Numbered from the stretch's first letter, positions 9,867-18,465 are shown. The stretch: 32,000 nucleotides of DNA from an uncultured Cardiobacteriaceae bacterium (GCA_963533935.1 CAUSQL010000002.1:45876-77875); one strand, 5' to 3'. Numbers and translations: made by a program. Notes: generated by a model not told the origin, from the sequence alone.

Positions 9867-11017
9867 TTCCCCTCAGCCTCTATGTCCATATCCCCTGGTG
9901 CCTGCGCAAGTGCCCCTACTGCGACTTTAACTCCTACGGTTTAAGCGGTGCCAGTGGCGCCAATCCGGTGGCCGACGAGGCCGCCTACGTGGGCCATCTG
10001 CTGCGGGATTTGCGCGCCGATTTGGCCCTGGTGGGGGAAAAACGCCCCCTACAGTCCATCTTCATTGGTGGCGGCACCCCGTCCCTGTTCAGCGGCCGGG
10101 CCATCGGCGCGCTGCTGAACGGCATTGGCCGGGAAATGAGCTTAGGCCCGGACTGTGAAATTACCCTGGAAGCGAACCCGTCCACCTTTGAACGGGAAAA
10201 ATTCGCCGACTACCGGGCCGCCGGCGTCAATCGGCTGTCCATCGGCGTGCAGAGCTTTAGCGATGAAAAGTTAAAGGCGCTGGGGCGGGTACATGACAGC
10301 CGCGAGGCGGTCGCCGCCATTGAGCTGGCCCAGCGGGTGGGCTTTGGCCGCCTGAATCTGGATTTAATGTTCGCCCTGCCGCGGCAGAGTGTGGCGGAAG
10401 CCCTGGAGGATTTGGCTCGGGCCGTGGCCTTTAAGCCGGAGCATTTGAGCTGGTACCAGCTGACCCTGGAGCCGAATACGGTATTTTTCCGCCAGCCGCC
10501 GCCGCTGCCGAGCCAGGACCACCAGGCGGAAATCTTCGACCGCGGCCGGGAATTTCTGAACGGCCAGGGCTTTAATCAGTACGAGGTGAGCGCCTGGACC
10601 CGGGGCCGGCCTAGCGCCCACAACCTGAATTACTGGCAGTTCGGCGACTACCTGGGCATCGGCGCCGGCGCCCACGGCAAATTAACCAGCGGCGGGCAGA
10701 TTTTTCGCAGCCAGAAGTTCTACCAGCCGCAGCAGTACCAGCGGGCCGCCGGCAAATTGGCCAATCCCTACGCCAGCCGCTGGCAAGCGGTGGCCGTAGA
10801 GGATTTACCCTTTGAGTTCATGATGAACGGGCTGCGACTGCGGGAGGGTCTGCCGGTGGCGCTGTTCGCCCAGCGCACCTTCCTTAACCCTTTGGTAATT
10901 AAGGAAAAATGGCGTCAATTACAGCAAAAAGGACTGGTTTTACAGGACGAGCAGCGCTTCTGTACCAGTGAACTGGGCTTTTTGCATTTAAATGAAGTTA
11001 TTGAACTTTTTTTATAG
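9863..11017 (+). CDS. hemW: Radical SAM heme chaperone HemW (HemN-like, oxygen-independent coproporphyrinogen oxidase family)
   Basis: 384 aa. The CLRKCPYCDF CxxxCxxC radical-SAM cluster motif lies near the N-terminus, and GGGTPS is present. Confidence 0.88.
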   Translation: MIPLSLYVHIPWCLRKCPYCDFNSYGLSGASGANPVADEAAYVGHLLRDLRADLALVGEKRPLQSIFIGGGTPSLFSGRAIGALLNGIGREMSLGPDCEITLEANPSTFEREKFADYRAAGVNRLSIGVQSFSDEKLKALGRVHDSREAVAAIELAQRVGFGRLNLDLMFALPRQSVAEALEDLARAVAFKPEHLSWYQLTLEPNTVFFRQPPPLPSQDHQAEIFDRGREFLNGQGFNQYEVSAWTRGRPSAHNLNYWQFGDYLGIGAGAHGKLTSGGQIFRSQKFYQPQQYQRAAGKLANPYASRWQAVAVEDLPFEFMMNGLRLREGLPVALFAQRTFLNPLVIKEKWRQLQQKGLVLQDEQRFCTSELGFLHLNEVIELFL

Positions 11018-11064
11018 TTGCTGTTAAAATCGGGGCTCCTTTAATCAACCTATCGGAGTTAATT

Positions 11065-11271
11065 ATGAAAAAAGTTCTATTGCTAGGCCTTTGCGCTCTA
11101 GGCTTAATGGCTTGCAACAAGGAAGAAAAAGCCGCTGAGCAACCAGCTGCTCCTGCCGCTGAAGCTAAGCCAGCTGAAGCTGCTCCTGCCGATGCCAAAC
11201 CAGCTGAAGCTCCTGCCGCTGACGCTAAACCAGCTGAAGCTGCTCCTGCTGCCGGCGAGCAAGCCAAATAA
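11065..11271 (+). CDS. Small lipoprotein made of Ala/Glu/Lys/Pro decapeptide repeats (H.8/Lip-like)
   Basis: 68 aa. Signal peptide plus lipobox LGLMAC, then (E/D)AKPAEA(A)PA(A) x3 encoded by three 30-bp tandem units. GGAG SD upstream and an intrinsic terminator downstream. Confidence 0.75.
   Translation: MKKVLLLGLCALGLMACNKEEKAAEQPAAPAAEAKPAEAAPADAKPAEAPAADAKPAEAAPAAGEQAK
11161..11250 (+). repeat. Three tandem 30-bp coding repeats inside the H.8-like lipoprotein gene
   Basis: Units at 11161-11190, 11191-11220 and 11221-11250 share the core aa(g/a)ccagctgaagct(gct)cctgc. Confidence 0.85.
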
Positions 11272-11306
11272 TTAAGCATTTGCTTATTAGAACCTGTTGA
11301 TAGGGT

Positions 11307-11336
11307 GGCCAACTTTCAGTTGGCCGCTCTTTTTTT
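11307..11336 (+). terminator. Rho-independent terminator after the H.8-like lipoprotein gene
   Basis: ggccaact-ttc-agttggcc stem followed by gctcttttttt. Confidence 0.8.
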
Positions 11337-11389
11337 GTGCCCGTTTAACGGCTCTGCTAAAATTTTTTCCAATAAATTAAGGAGCGGTG

Positions 11390-11830
11390 GTGAAAAAAAT
11401 CTTTTTAACGCTGGCGATTCTGACGGTTGCAGCCTGCCGCGACCTACCTTTCATCGGTAAAGCGCTCCCGGCGCCCAGCGAAGCGCAGCGCAATGCGGAA
11501 CTGGCCCAGCAGCGGCGCCAGGCCCAGCAAAATCCCGAAGACTACGAATTAAATGATTTGAGCGGCGACGGCCAATCCCTAGCCTTTTTCCGTGAAGGCA
11601 AGCCCCAGATGCTGCTGGCCGCGGTCAAGCAACTATTAACCATTGAAAATCAACAATTTAACTGCGACCAACTGCAGGCCCTGGAGATTAAGCGGGCCAG
11701 CATTTCTGAGGACGGCTTCCAGGAAAATTGGTATCTAACCGCCTGCAATAACCGCCGCATCTATCAGGTTTTATTTCAAAGTAACCAACAGGGACAGCTC
11801 ATTCCCAGCGTCTCGCTCTATAACGACTAA
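11390..11830 (+). CDS. Hypothetical lipoprotein
   Basis: Signal peptide with lipobox LTVAAC. AAGGAG at 11378-11383 favours the GTG at 11390 over the ORF-track start at 11387. I recognise no family. The stop lies 9 nt before the carB start. Confidence 0.6.
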   Translation: MKKIFLTLAILTVAACRDLPFIGKALPAPSEAQRNAELAQQRRQAQQNPEDYELNDLSGDGQSLAFFREGKPQMLLAAVKQLLTIENQQFNCDQLQALEIKRASISEDGFQENWYLTACNNRRIYQVLFQSNQQGQLIPSVSLYND

Positions 11831-11839
11831 GGAAGAATC

Positions 11840-14800
11840 ATGGCAAAACGTACGGATCTGAAATCCATTCTGATTATTGGCGCGGGCCCCATCATCATCG
11901 GCCAGGCCTGTGAATTTGACTATTCCGGCGCCCAGGCCTGTAAAGCGCTGCGCCAGGAAGGCTACCGGGTGATTCTAGTCAATTCCAATCCGGCCACCAT
12001 CATGACCGACCCGCAGATGGCCGACGCCACCTACATTGAACCCATAGGCTGGGAGACCGTGGCGAAAATTATCGAGAAGGAGCGGCCGGACGCGATTTTG
12101 CCAACCATGGGCGGCCAGACAGCTCTGAACTGCGCCCTCGACCTGGCCAAGCACGGGGTGCTGGCCAAATTTAAAGTGGAACTCATCGGCGCCTCGGTGG
12201 AAGCCATTCGCACCGCCGAAGACCGGGACCTATTTAAGCAAGCCATGACGGAAATCGGCCTGGAAAGCGCCCGCTCCTTCGCTGTCCATTCCCTGGAAGA
12301 GGCGCGCACGGCCCAGCAGGAGCTGGGCTTCCCCGTCATCATTCGCCCCTCCTTTACCCTCGGCGGCTCCGGCGGTGGCATTGCCTACAACCGGGCGGAA
12401 TTTGAACAAATCGTTAGCCACGGCCTGGAGCTGTCGCCCACCAATGAGGTGCTACTGGAGGAAAGCCTGCTGGGCTGGAAGGAATTTGAAATGGAGGTAG
12501 TGCGCGATAAAAACGATAACGCCATCATCGTCTGTGCCATTGAGAACTTTGACCCCATGGGCGTGCACACCGGCGATTCCATCACCGTGGCGCCGGCGCA
12601 GACCCTGACGGACAAGGAATACCAGCAGCTGCGCAACGCCTCCATTGCCATTTTGCGGAAAATCGGCGTGGAAACCGGCGGTTCCAACGTGCAATTCGCC
12701 ATTAATCCGCAGAACGGCCGCCTCATCGTCATCGAAATGAACCCGCGGGTGTCGCGCTCGTCGGCGCTGGCCTCCAAGGCCACCGGCTTCCCCATCGCGT
12801 CTGTGGCGGCCCGGCTGGCGGTGGGCTACAGCCTGGACGAACTGAAGAATGAAATCACCGGCGGCCAAACCCCCGCCTCCTTTGAACCGACCATTGACTA
12901 TGTGGTTACGAAAATCCCCCGCTTCGACTTCGCCAAATTCAAGCAGACCAACAATAAGTTGAACACGCAGATGCGCTCGGTGGGCGAAGTCATGGCCATC
13001 GGTCGCACCTTTAAGGAGAGTTTAAACAAGGCGCTGCGCTCGCTGGAGAACGGCCGCTGTGGCCTGAACCAGCCGGCGCCCGCCGACGACCTGGACAACG
13101 CCGTGGCCATTGCCACGCCGGAACGCATCTTCTACCTGGCCGAGGCCTTCCGCCAGGGCTATGACCTGGAAGCGCTCTACCAGCTCAGCGCCGTGGACCG
13201 CTGGTTCCTGGCGCAGATTGGCGAGCTGGTGCAGATGGAAGCACCGCTGCGCCGCCAGGGTCTGGCCTATTTCCACGAGAACGGGGCGGAATTGCTGCGC
13301 TACAAGCGGGCCGGCTTTTCCGACGCCTTCATTGCCGAACTCTGTCAGGTCAGCGAAGCGGAGGTGCGCAATCTGCGCTGGCAACGGCAGCTGCACCCGG
13401 TGTACAAGCGGGTGGATTCCTGCGCCGCCGAATTTGCCAGCAGCACCGCCTATCTCTATTCCACCTACGAACAGTTCTGCGAGGCGGAGCCCAGTTCCCG
13501 GGAGAAAATCATGATTCTCGGCGGCGGCCCCAACCGCATCGGCCAGGGCATTGAATTCGATTACTGCTGCGTGCACGCGGCGCTGGCCCTCCGTGAGGCG
13601 GGCTTTGAAACCATCATGGTCAATTGCAACCCGGAAACCGTGTCCACGGATTTCGACACCGCCGACCGGCTCTACTTTGAACCGCTAACTCTGGAGGACG
13701 TGCTGGAAATCGCGCGGCTGGAGCGGCCGGCCGGGGTCATCGTCCAGTACGGCGGCCAGACGCCGCTGAAATTGGCCCGGGCTCTGGAAAAGGCCGGCGT
13801 GCCCATCGTTGGCACTTCCCCCGACGCCATCGACGAGGCGGAGGACCGGGAACGCTTCCAGCGGCTTATCAATAAATTGGGACTGTTACAGCCGCCGAAC
13901 CGTACCGCCAGTAATGTGGAAGAGGCCCTGGCCGGCGCGCGGGCCATCGGCTATCCGCTGGTGGTGCGCCCCTCCTACGTGCTCGGCGGCCGGGCCATGG
14001 ACATCGTTTACAACGACGGCGACCTGGAGAACTATATGCGCGAGGCCATTCTGGTGTCGCCGGACGCGCCCATACTGCTGGACCGCTTCCTGGACGACGC
14101 CATCGAAGTGGACATTGACGTGCTCAGCGACGGGGAAGAGGTCATCGTCGGCGGTCTCATGGAGCACATCGAAGAGGCCGGCGTCCATTCCGGCGACAGT
14201 GCCTGTTCCCTGCCCCACTACCGTCTCAGCGACGCCATTGCGGAGGAAATTAAACGGCAGGCGCGGGCGCTGGCCAAGGCTTTAAACGTGGTCGGTCTGA
14301 TGAACTGCCAGTTCGCGGTGAAGGGTAAGGAAATCTACGTGCTAGAGGTGAACCCGCGGGCGTCGCGCACGGTGCCCTTTGTGTCCAAGGCTACGGGCCG
14401 GCCGCTGGCCAAGCTGGGTGCCCTGCTGATGGTGGGCAAGACCCTGGCGGAGCTGGGGGTGCGCGAGGAGATTCAGCCGCGGCACTTTGCGGTGAAGGAG
14501 GCGGTGTTCCCCTTCGCCAAATTCGCCAATGTGGACCCAATCCTCGGGCCGGAAATGAAGTCCACCGGTGAGGTGATGGGCCTGGGCGACAGCTTTGCCG
14601 AAGCCTTCCACAAGGCCATTCGCGGCGCCGGCGAGCAGCTGCCCGAGGTGGGCCGCAAGGTGTTCATTTCCGTCAAGGACAGCGATAAGGATAAGGCGGT
14701 GGAGGTGGCGCGGCTGCTGCTGGCGAGCGGCTTTAAGCTCATCGCCACTTCCGGCACCCAGGCCTATTTAAGTCTGAACGGCCTGGAATGCGAGCTGGTG

Positions 14801-15040
14801 AACAAGGTGGCCCAGGGCCGGCCGCACATTGTGGATTTAATCATTAACGGCGACATCGCCATGATTATTAACACCACGGCGGGCAAGAAGGCCATTGAGG
14901 ATTCCTATTCCATTCGCCGCGAGGCCCTGATGCACAAGGTTTTCTATCAGACCACCATCGCCGGCGGCCACGCGGTGGCCATTGCCCTGGCCCACGAAGG
15001 GGAAGAGCGGGTGCGGTCGCTGCAGAGCCTGAATAAATAA
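11840..15040 (+). CDS. carB: Carbamoyl-phosphate synthase large subunit
   Basis: 1066 aa with duplicated ATP-grasp halves ([21 protein letters not shown] and [18 protein letters not shown]) and a C-terminal MGS-like allosteric domain. Confidence 0.97.
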   Translation: MAKRTDLKSILIIGAGPIIIGQACEFDYSGAQACKALRQEGYRVILVNSNPATIMTDPQMADATYIEPIGWETVAKIIEKERPDAILPTMGGQTALNCALDLAKHGVLAKFKVELIGASVEAIRTAEDRDLFKQAMTEIGLESARSFAVHSLEEARTAQQELGFPVIIRPSFTLGGSGGGIAYNRAEFEQIVSHGLELSPTNEVLLEESLLGWKEFEMEVVRDKNDNAIIVCAIENFDPMGVHTGDSITVAPAQTLTDKEYQQLRNASIAILRKIGVETGGSNVQFAINPQNGRLIVIEMNPRVSRSSALASKATGFPIASVAARLAVGYSLDELKNEITGGQTPASFEPTIDYVVTKIPRFDFAKFKQTNNKLNTQMRSVGEVMAIGRTFKESLNKALRSLENGRCGLNQPAPADDLDNAVAIATPERIFYLAEAFRQGYDLEALYQLSAVDRWFLAQIGELVQMEAPLRRQGLAYFHENGAELLRYKRAGFSDAFIAELCQVSEAEVRNLRWQRQLHPVYKRVDSCAAEFASSTAYLYSTYEQFCEAEPSSREKIMILGGGPNRIGQGIEFDYCCVHAALALREAGFETIMVNCNPETVSTDFDTADRLYFEPLTLEDVLEIARLERPAGVIVQYGGQTPLKLARALEKAGVPIVGTSPDAIDEAEDRERFQRLINKLGLLQPPNRTASNVEEALAGARAIGYPLVVRPSYVLGGRAMDIVYNDGDLENYMREAILVSPDAPILLDRFLDDAIEVDIDVLSDGEEVIVGGLMEHIEEAGVHSGDSACSLPHYRLSDAIAEEIKRQARALAKALNVVGLMNCQFAVKGKEIYVLEVNPRASRTVPFVSKATGRPLAKLGALLMVGKTLAELGVREEIQPRHFAVKEAVFPFAKFANVDPILGPEMKSTGEVMGLGDSFAEAFHKAIRGAGEQLPEVGRKVFISVKDSDKDKAVEVARLLLASGFKLIATSGTQAYLSLNGLECELVNKVAQGRPHIVDLIINGDIAMIINTTAGKKAIEDSYSIRREALMHKVFYQTTIAGGHAVAIALAHEGEERVRSLQSLNK

Positions 15041-15081
15041 ATTTCAAGCTAAGCGCCGGTTTGCTTCGTCCATTAGGAACG

Positions 15082-15161
15082 TTTACAAACAGACGGGCGC
15101 TTCCCCTGTATGTATTTAGAGCATTAATTACATACATATAAAGCGCTTAGTTGTTTGTAAA
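15082..15161. repeat. Nested-palindrome intergenic repeat R4 (core type 1, short arms, degenerate right terminus)
   Basis: tttacaaacagacgggcgcttcccctgtatgtatttagagcattaattacatacatataaagcgcttagttgtttgtaaa. Confidence 0.85.
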
Positions 15162-15179
15162 AGAGGCCATTGGGGCTTA

Positions 15180-15215
15180 TTTACAAACAACCAAGCGCTT
15201 CTCCTGTCTGTATTT
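15180..15215. repeat. Half-copy R4b of the repeat (left arm only), abutting the stop codon of the 15216-16403 gene
   Basis: tttacaaacaaccaagcgcttctcctgtctgtattt, followed directly by cta (a TAG stop on the minus strand). Confidence 0.7.
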
Positions 15216-16403
15216 CTAATAGCAGATGCTGTTGTTGGAACCCATGCGAATCATCTCGCCCATGACGATGTTCGGAATGCGCAGCGGCTCCAGCATTTGC
15301 TTGCTGCGAATGTCCACCCGGAACAGCTGCGGCGCCTCCTCGTCAATGAGAAACAGCAGGGTCTTGCTGTCGCCGGTTACCCACATGCTGACGATTTCAT
15401 AGGGGAAGCTGTAGACCTGGCGGTTCTCCGGATTGTCGAAGTCCTGCAGCATTAGCCCTTTGTCGCCGCCGAGTATCCAGGTGTGTTCCAGCCAGCCGGA
15501 ACGGATAATGCGCGGCGAGAAGTCCGCCCGGAAGCGCTGCGGCTCGTCGCCGTGCTTATTGAAGTCGAACAGGGCCACGTTGCCGGATACGTCGGCGAAG
15601 ATTACCTTGCTGGTGTACAGGTCGATGTAGGGCATGATTAGCGGCTTGTAGAAGGAGCCCACCTCGTACATGGGGCCGGTGCTGAGCATTTTTTTCCGCT
15701 GCGGGAAATAGACCAGGCCGGTGGAACCGTCGGTGGTGTTGATGGCCAGCATGTCGTCCTCGGTGCTGGCGACGCCGGCGGCTAGGCCGGAACTGGTGTG
15801 GGCCGACAGGTCGATTTCCTCCCAGGGCTTATCCGGCGAATCCTGGCCGTGCTTGTGGAAAATGCGCGGCTTTTCCTCGTCCAAAATCCAGAAGGACTGG
15901 GAAAAGGAGCTGAACAGCAGGGCAAAGTAGGAATCCAGCTGCACCTTGCGGTTTTTCGAGTCGAAGCGCTCGGGGAAGATTTTCACCTCACCGGTCTGGT
16001 AGTTAATCATGCCCACCTGGTCCTTCAGGGCGATGGCGGCGAATTTGGTCTGCGGCACGAAGAAAATCTGGTACACCGGCGACGGCAGCTTGTAGGCCTT
16101 GGCTTCGCGCTTCTTCAAGTCGTAGAAGTGGATTTCCGCCACCTCCTGGTTGCCCACCGCCAGCATGGCGTCGTCCCGGGCCATTTCAAAGACCCGCGGG
16201 ATAAAGCCGAAATTAATGGCGTCGATGTACTGGCCACTGACAATGTCGATGATGACGATGTAGTAGTTGAACTTATCGCCGATGAAGGCGTAGCGGGTGG
16301 GCTGGTAGAGGCCCTCGGCCGCCGCCGCCGTTTTAATCACCTGGCCCAGGGCGCTGCCGCCGCTGAGTAAGGCCAGGGCCGCGAGAAATTGTCTTCGGTC
16401 CAT
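15216..16403 (-). CDS. Tat-signal periplasmic protein, beta-propeller-like, function unknown
   Basis: Start chosen at MDRRQFLAALALLSGGSALG (twin-arginine motif, GGGGA SD 6 nt upstream) rather than ORF-track 16448. About 7-8 recurring hydrophobic-strand/D-x-x-x-G-like segments (YYIVIIDIVSGQYI, EIHFYDLKKRE, GMINYQTGEV, VALFDFNKHGDE, LMLQDFDNPENRQ, LFRVDIRSKQ) suggest a YncE/cytochrome d1-style propeller. Confidence 0.7.
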   Translation of the reverse strand: MDRRQFLAALALLSGGSALGQVIKTAAAAEGLYQPTRYAFIGDKFNYYIVIIDIVSGQYIDAINFGFIPRVFEMARDDAMLAVGNQEVAEIHFYDLKKREAKAYKLPSPVYQIFFVPQTKFAAIALKDQVGMINYQTGEVKIFPERFDSKNRKVQLDSYFALLFSSFSQSFWILDEEKPRIFHKHGQDSPDKPWEEIDLSAHTSSGLAAGVASTEDDMLAINTTDGSTGLVYFPQRKKMLSTGPMYEVGSFYKPLIMPYIDLYTSKVIFADVSGNVALFDFNKHGDEPQRFRADFSPRIIRSGWLEHTWILGGDKGLMLQDFDNPENRQVYSFPYEIVSMWVTGDSKTLLFLIDEEAPQLFRVDIRSKQMLEPLRIPNIVMGEMIRMGSNNSICY

Positions 16404-16503
16404 AAAAATCCCCATGATTGAAGTACTGCCAGGCGCGAGGCCCGGCACCCATTAGATTTTAACCGTTTGGCACTTACTCTTCAGGGGCCCGGCGCGGCCG
16501 GAA

Positions 16504-16597
16504 AATACATACAGGGGAAGCGCCCGGGTGTTTGTAAGGAAGCGTGAGACCGTTAGGCCAAACAGCAGCGAAAAACAACCGCCCGTCCGTCGTTAAA
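16504..16597. repeat. Composite/truncated repeat copies R5 (a right half-copy followed by a second long-arm right terminus)
   Basis: atacatacaggggaagcgcccgggtgtttgtaa, then ...cagcagcgaaaaacaaccgcccgtccgtcgttaaa. There is no left arm. Confidence 0.7.
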
Positions 16598-16615
16598 TAA
16601 TTAAAAATCCGGGCC

Positions 16616-16652
16616 ATAAAAAAACCCGCCAAAATCCGTAGACTTTGGCGGG
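16616..16652 (-). terminator. Rho-independent terminator closing the nirK-sco-pcuAC cluster
   Basis: On the minus strand, cccgccaaa-gtctacggat-tttggcggg is followed by a 7-T run, 16 nt after the PCuAC stop. Confidence 0.85.
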
Positions 16653-16667
16653 CCTTGCTAGACCGGC

Positions 16668-17366
16668 TTAGTGGTGTTTTTTTGCCTCTTCGCCTTTGGC
16701 CTTATCGTCGTGCTTGTGACCGTCCTTGTGCTCGTGTTTGCCATCGTGCTTGTGGCCGTCCTTATGGTCATGTTTACCATCTTTATGTTCGTGCTTGCCG
16801 TCATGGTCCTTCGGCAAATCACCCTTGGCCTTCGCCTCCTCAATGACCTGATCTACGGTCTTAACCACCGCTTCACAGGAGGCGCTGCTCTTGTCGCTGA
16901 AGTTCACCGTAATGGTGTGCTTGTCGCCGGCTTTAGGGAATTTATCCTTGGCGATTTTCATCAGCATGAGGTGGTCGCCGCCCTTCTTGAACTCGCGCTC
17001 ACCCTCTTTCAGCTCCTTGTCTTTCAAAGGAACCATGGACATGACGCCGTCCTTCATTTCCATAGCGTGCAGTTCGACGGTGTCGGTGATGCTGTCAATC
17101 TTCGCCCCTTCAATTTGCACGGGCGCGCCCTTGTGGGTGAATTTCACGAAGGCACCGGTCATTTCCTTGCCGGGAATTACCTCCTGAATGACGCAATCGC
17201 TCAGGGTGGTGTTGCCGCCTTCGGCCTTGGAGTCGGTTTTGGCAGTTTCGCCAGCTTCCGCTTTGGCCGTAGCCTCAGCCTTGGCGCTGTCGGCCTTGGC
17301 CGCTTCCTGGGCAAAGCTAGCGGCAGAAGCTGCAAGCATTAGAGCTATTAATGATTTAATTTTCAT
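16668..17366 (-). CDS. Periplasmic copper chaperone PCu(A)C (DUF461), AccA-like, with a His/Lys/Asp-rich C-terminal tail
   Basis: Start at MKIKSLIALMLAASAASFA (ATG 17366, GAGG SD). PCuAC Cu(I) motifs HAMEMKDGVMSM and GGDHLMLM are present. The tail is HDGKHEHKDGKHDHKDGHKHDGKHEHKDGHKHDDKAKGEEAKKHH. Confidence 0.85.
   Translation of the reverse strand: MKIKSLIALMLAASAASFAQEAAKADSAKAEATAKAEAGETAKTDSKAEGGNTTLSDCVIQEVIPGKEMTGAFVKFTHKGAPVQIEGAKIDSITDTVELHAMEMKDGVMSMVPLKDKELKEGEREFKKGGDHLMLMKIAKDKFPKAGDKHTITVNFSDKSSASCEAVVKTVDQVIEEAKAKGDLPKDHDGKHEHKDGKHDHKDGHKHDGKHEHKDGHKHDDKAKGEEAKKHH
16710..16781 (-). repeat. Tandem 36-bp duplication encoding the His-rich tail of PCuAC
   Basis: 16710-16745 gtgcttgtgaccgtccttgtgctcgtgtttgccatc versus 16746-16781 gtgcttgtggccgtccttatggtcatgtttaccatc (5 mismatches). 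Confidence 0.85.
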
Positions 17367-17373
17367 GGTTACC

Positions 17374-18465
17374 TCATTGTTTACTTTGAAGATTTTTCTG
17401 ACATTCGGCGAATTTGGCCAGGCCATCGCCGGAATTAATTACGCCAATTTTCACCGCCACCTGCTTGCCGTCCACGAAGAGGGCCGAGAAGGGTAGGCCG
17501 ACGGCGCCGAGACGCTCCAGCACGTCCTTAGCGTCGGTGCGCTGCTGGGAAAGTTTTTCCAACTTCAGCTCGGTGAACAGGTCCTTAATTTTATCCGGGC
17601 CGTCGTTGAGGTTAAGGGTTTGAATGTTCAGGTCGCCATTTTCCTTGGCAAGCCTATCCAGCAGGGGCAATTCCTGGCGGCAGGGCGCACACCACAGGGC
17701 CCAGAGATTCAATAGTATGGGCTTGTCCGTGGCCACCTCGGGCACGTAGTCGTGAATGTGCGTAACCTTCTTACTCTCCTGGAAGCCTTCGGGCAGAGCA
17801 CATTCCAGCTGGGGCCGTTCCAACGTTGCGGCCGGGCTCGGGCTAGCCTCACTGGCGGCCGCCGGAGCTTCCGCCTTCTTAGCGCCTTCCCCCTTGGGCA
17901 GTTTCTCGTTGAGGGCTTCGGTCAGTAGCCTTTCGCCGATTTGGTAATCGTAGACGTCGATGATTTCCCGCTCCGGCGAGATTAAATAGATGTAGGCGCT
18001 GTGATAAACCTCATAGACCTCGCCGCGCTTGGGATTTTCCACCTTCTTGCCGTCCTTGCGGTAGCCAAAGGTGGCGCCCAGCTGGTCGGCCAGGCCGCGA
18101 ATCTGCGCCATGTCCCCGGTTAAACCAATAATGCGCGGGTCAAAGTAATTGGTGTAGGCATTGAGCCGCTTCACATCGTCATTCATGGGGTCAATGGTTA
18201 CGAAGAGAAATTGAATGGCGTCGGGATTGTCAATGGCCTTAATGGTGCGGCCAAATTCATAGAGCGTCGTTGGACAAATGTCCGGGCAGGAGGTGTAACC
18301 CACTGCCATCAGCAGATATTTGCCGGGAAAACTCTTTTCGGTGATTTCCCCGTCGGGCGCAGTGAGGCTAAAGCTCAGCTTGTCCGTGGTGGGCGCCTTC
18401 ACACTCTGGGCCGGCGCCGCCAGGCTGAATAAACACAATAGCCATAAACCAAATATTCTTAGCAT
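17374..18465 (-). CDS. Fusion protein: N-terminal Sco1/SenC copper chaperone plus C-terminal TlpA/ResA-like thioredoxin
   Basis: Sco motif YTSCPDICP (CxxxC) and a downstream His in YHSAY. An Ala/Pro/Glu/Ser linker (KKAEAPAAASEASPSPAA) follows, then a thioredoxin motif LWALWCAPCRQE. The ORF-track start at 18486 is GTG. The ATG at 18465 has GGAG 8 nt upstream and gives the signal peptide MLRIFGLWLLCLFSLAAPAQS. Confidence 0.85.
   Translation of the reverse strand: MLRIFGLWLLCLFSLAAPAQSVKAPTTDKLSFSLTAPDGEITEKSFPGKYLLMAVGYTSCPDICPTTLYEFGRTIKAIDNPDAIQFLFVTIDPMNDDVKRLNAYTNYFDPRIIGLTGDMAQIRGLADQLGATFGYRKDGKKVENPKRGEVYEVYHSAYIYLISPEREIIDVYDYQIGERLLTEALNEKLPKGEGAKKAEAPAAASEASPSPAATLERPQLECALPEGFQESKKVTHIHDYVPEVATDKPILLNLWALWCAPCRQELPLLDRLAKENGDLNIQTLNLNDGPDKIKDLFTELKLEKLSQQRTDAKDVLERLGAVGLPFSALFVDGKQVAVKIGVINSGDGLAKFAECQKNLQSKQ

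Noticed and set aside
10998-11312. A 104-aa antisense ORF opposite the H.8-like lipoprotein gene.
   Set aside because: It is the complement of an Ala/Pro/Glu codon repeat, which is open in several frames. The plus-strand frame has an SD, a signal peptide, a lipobox and a terminator.
15216-16403. Identifying the Tat beta-propeller as NosZ-like, thiocyanate dehydrogenase, SBP56/MtoX methanethiol oxidase or DUF1513.
   Set aside because: It is shorter than those enzymes and lacks their conserved His ligand clusters and motifs as I recall them. The only resemblance to SBP56 is a vague similarity at the C-terminus. I therefore left it as unknown.
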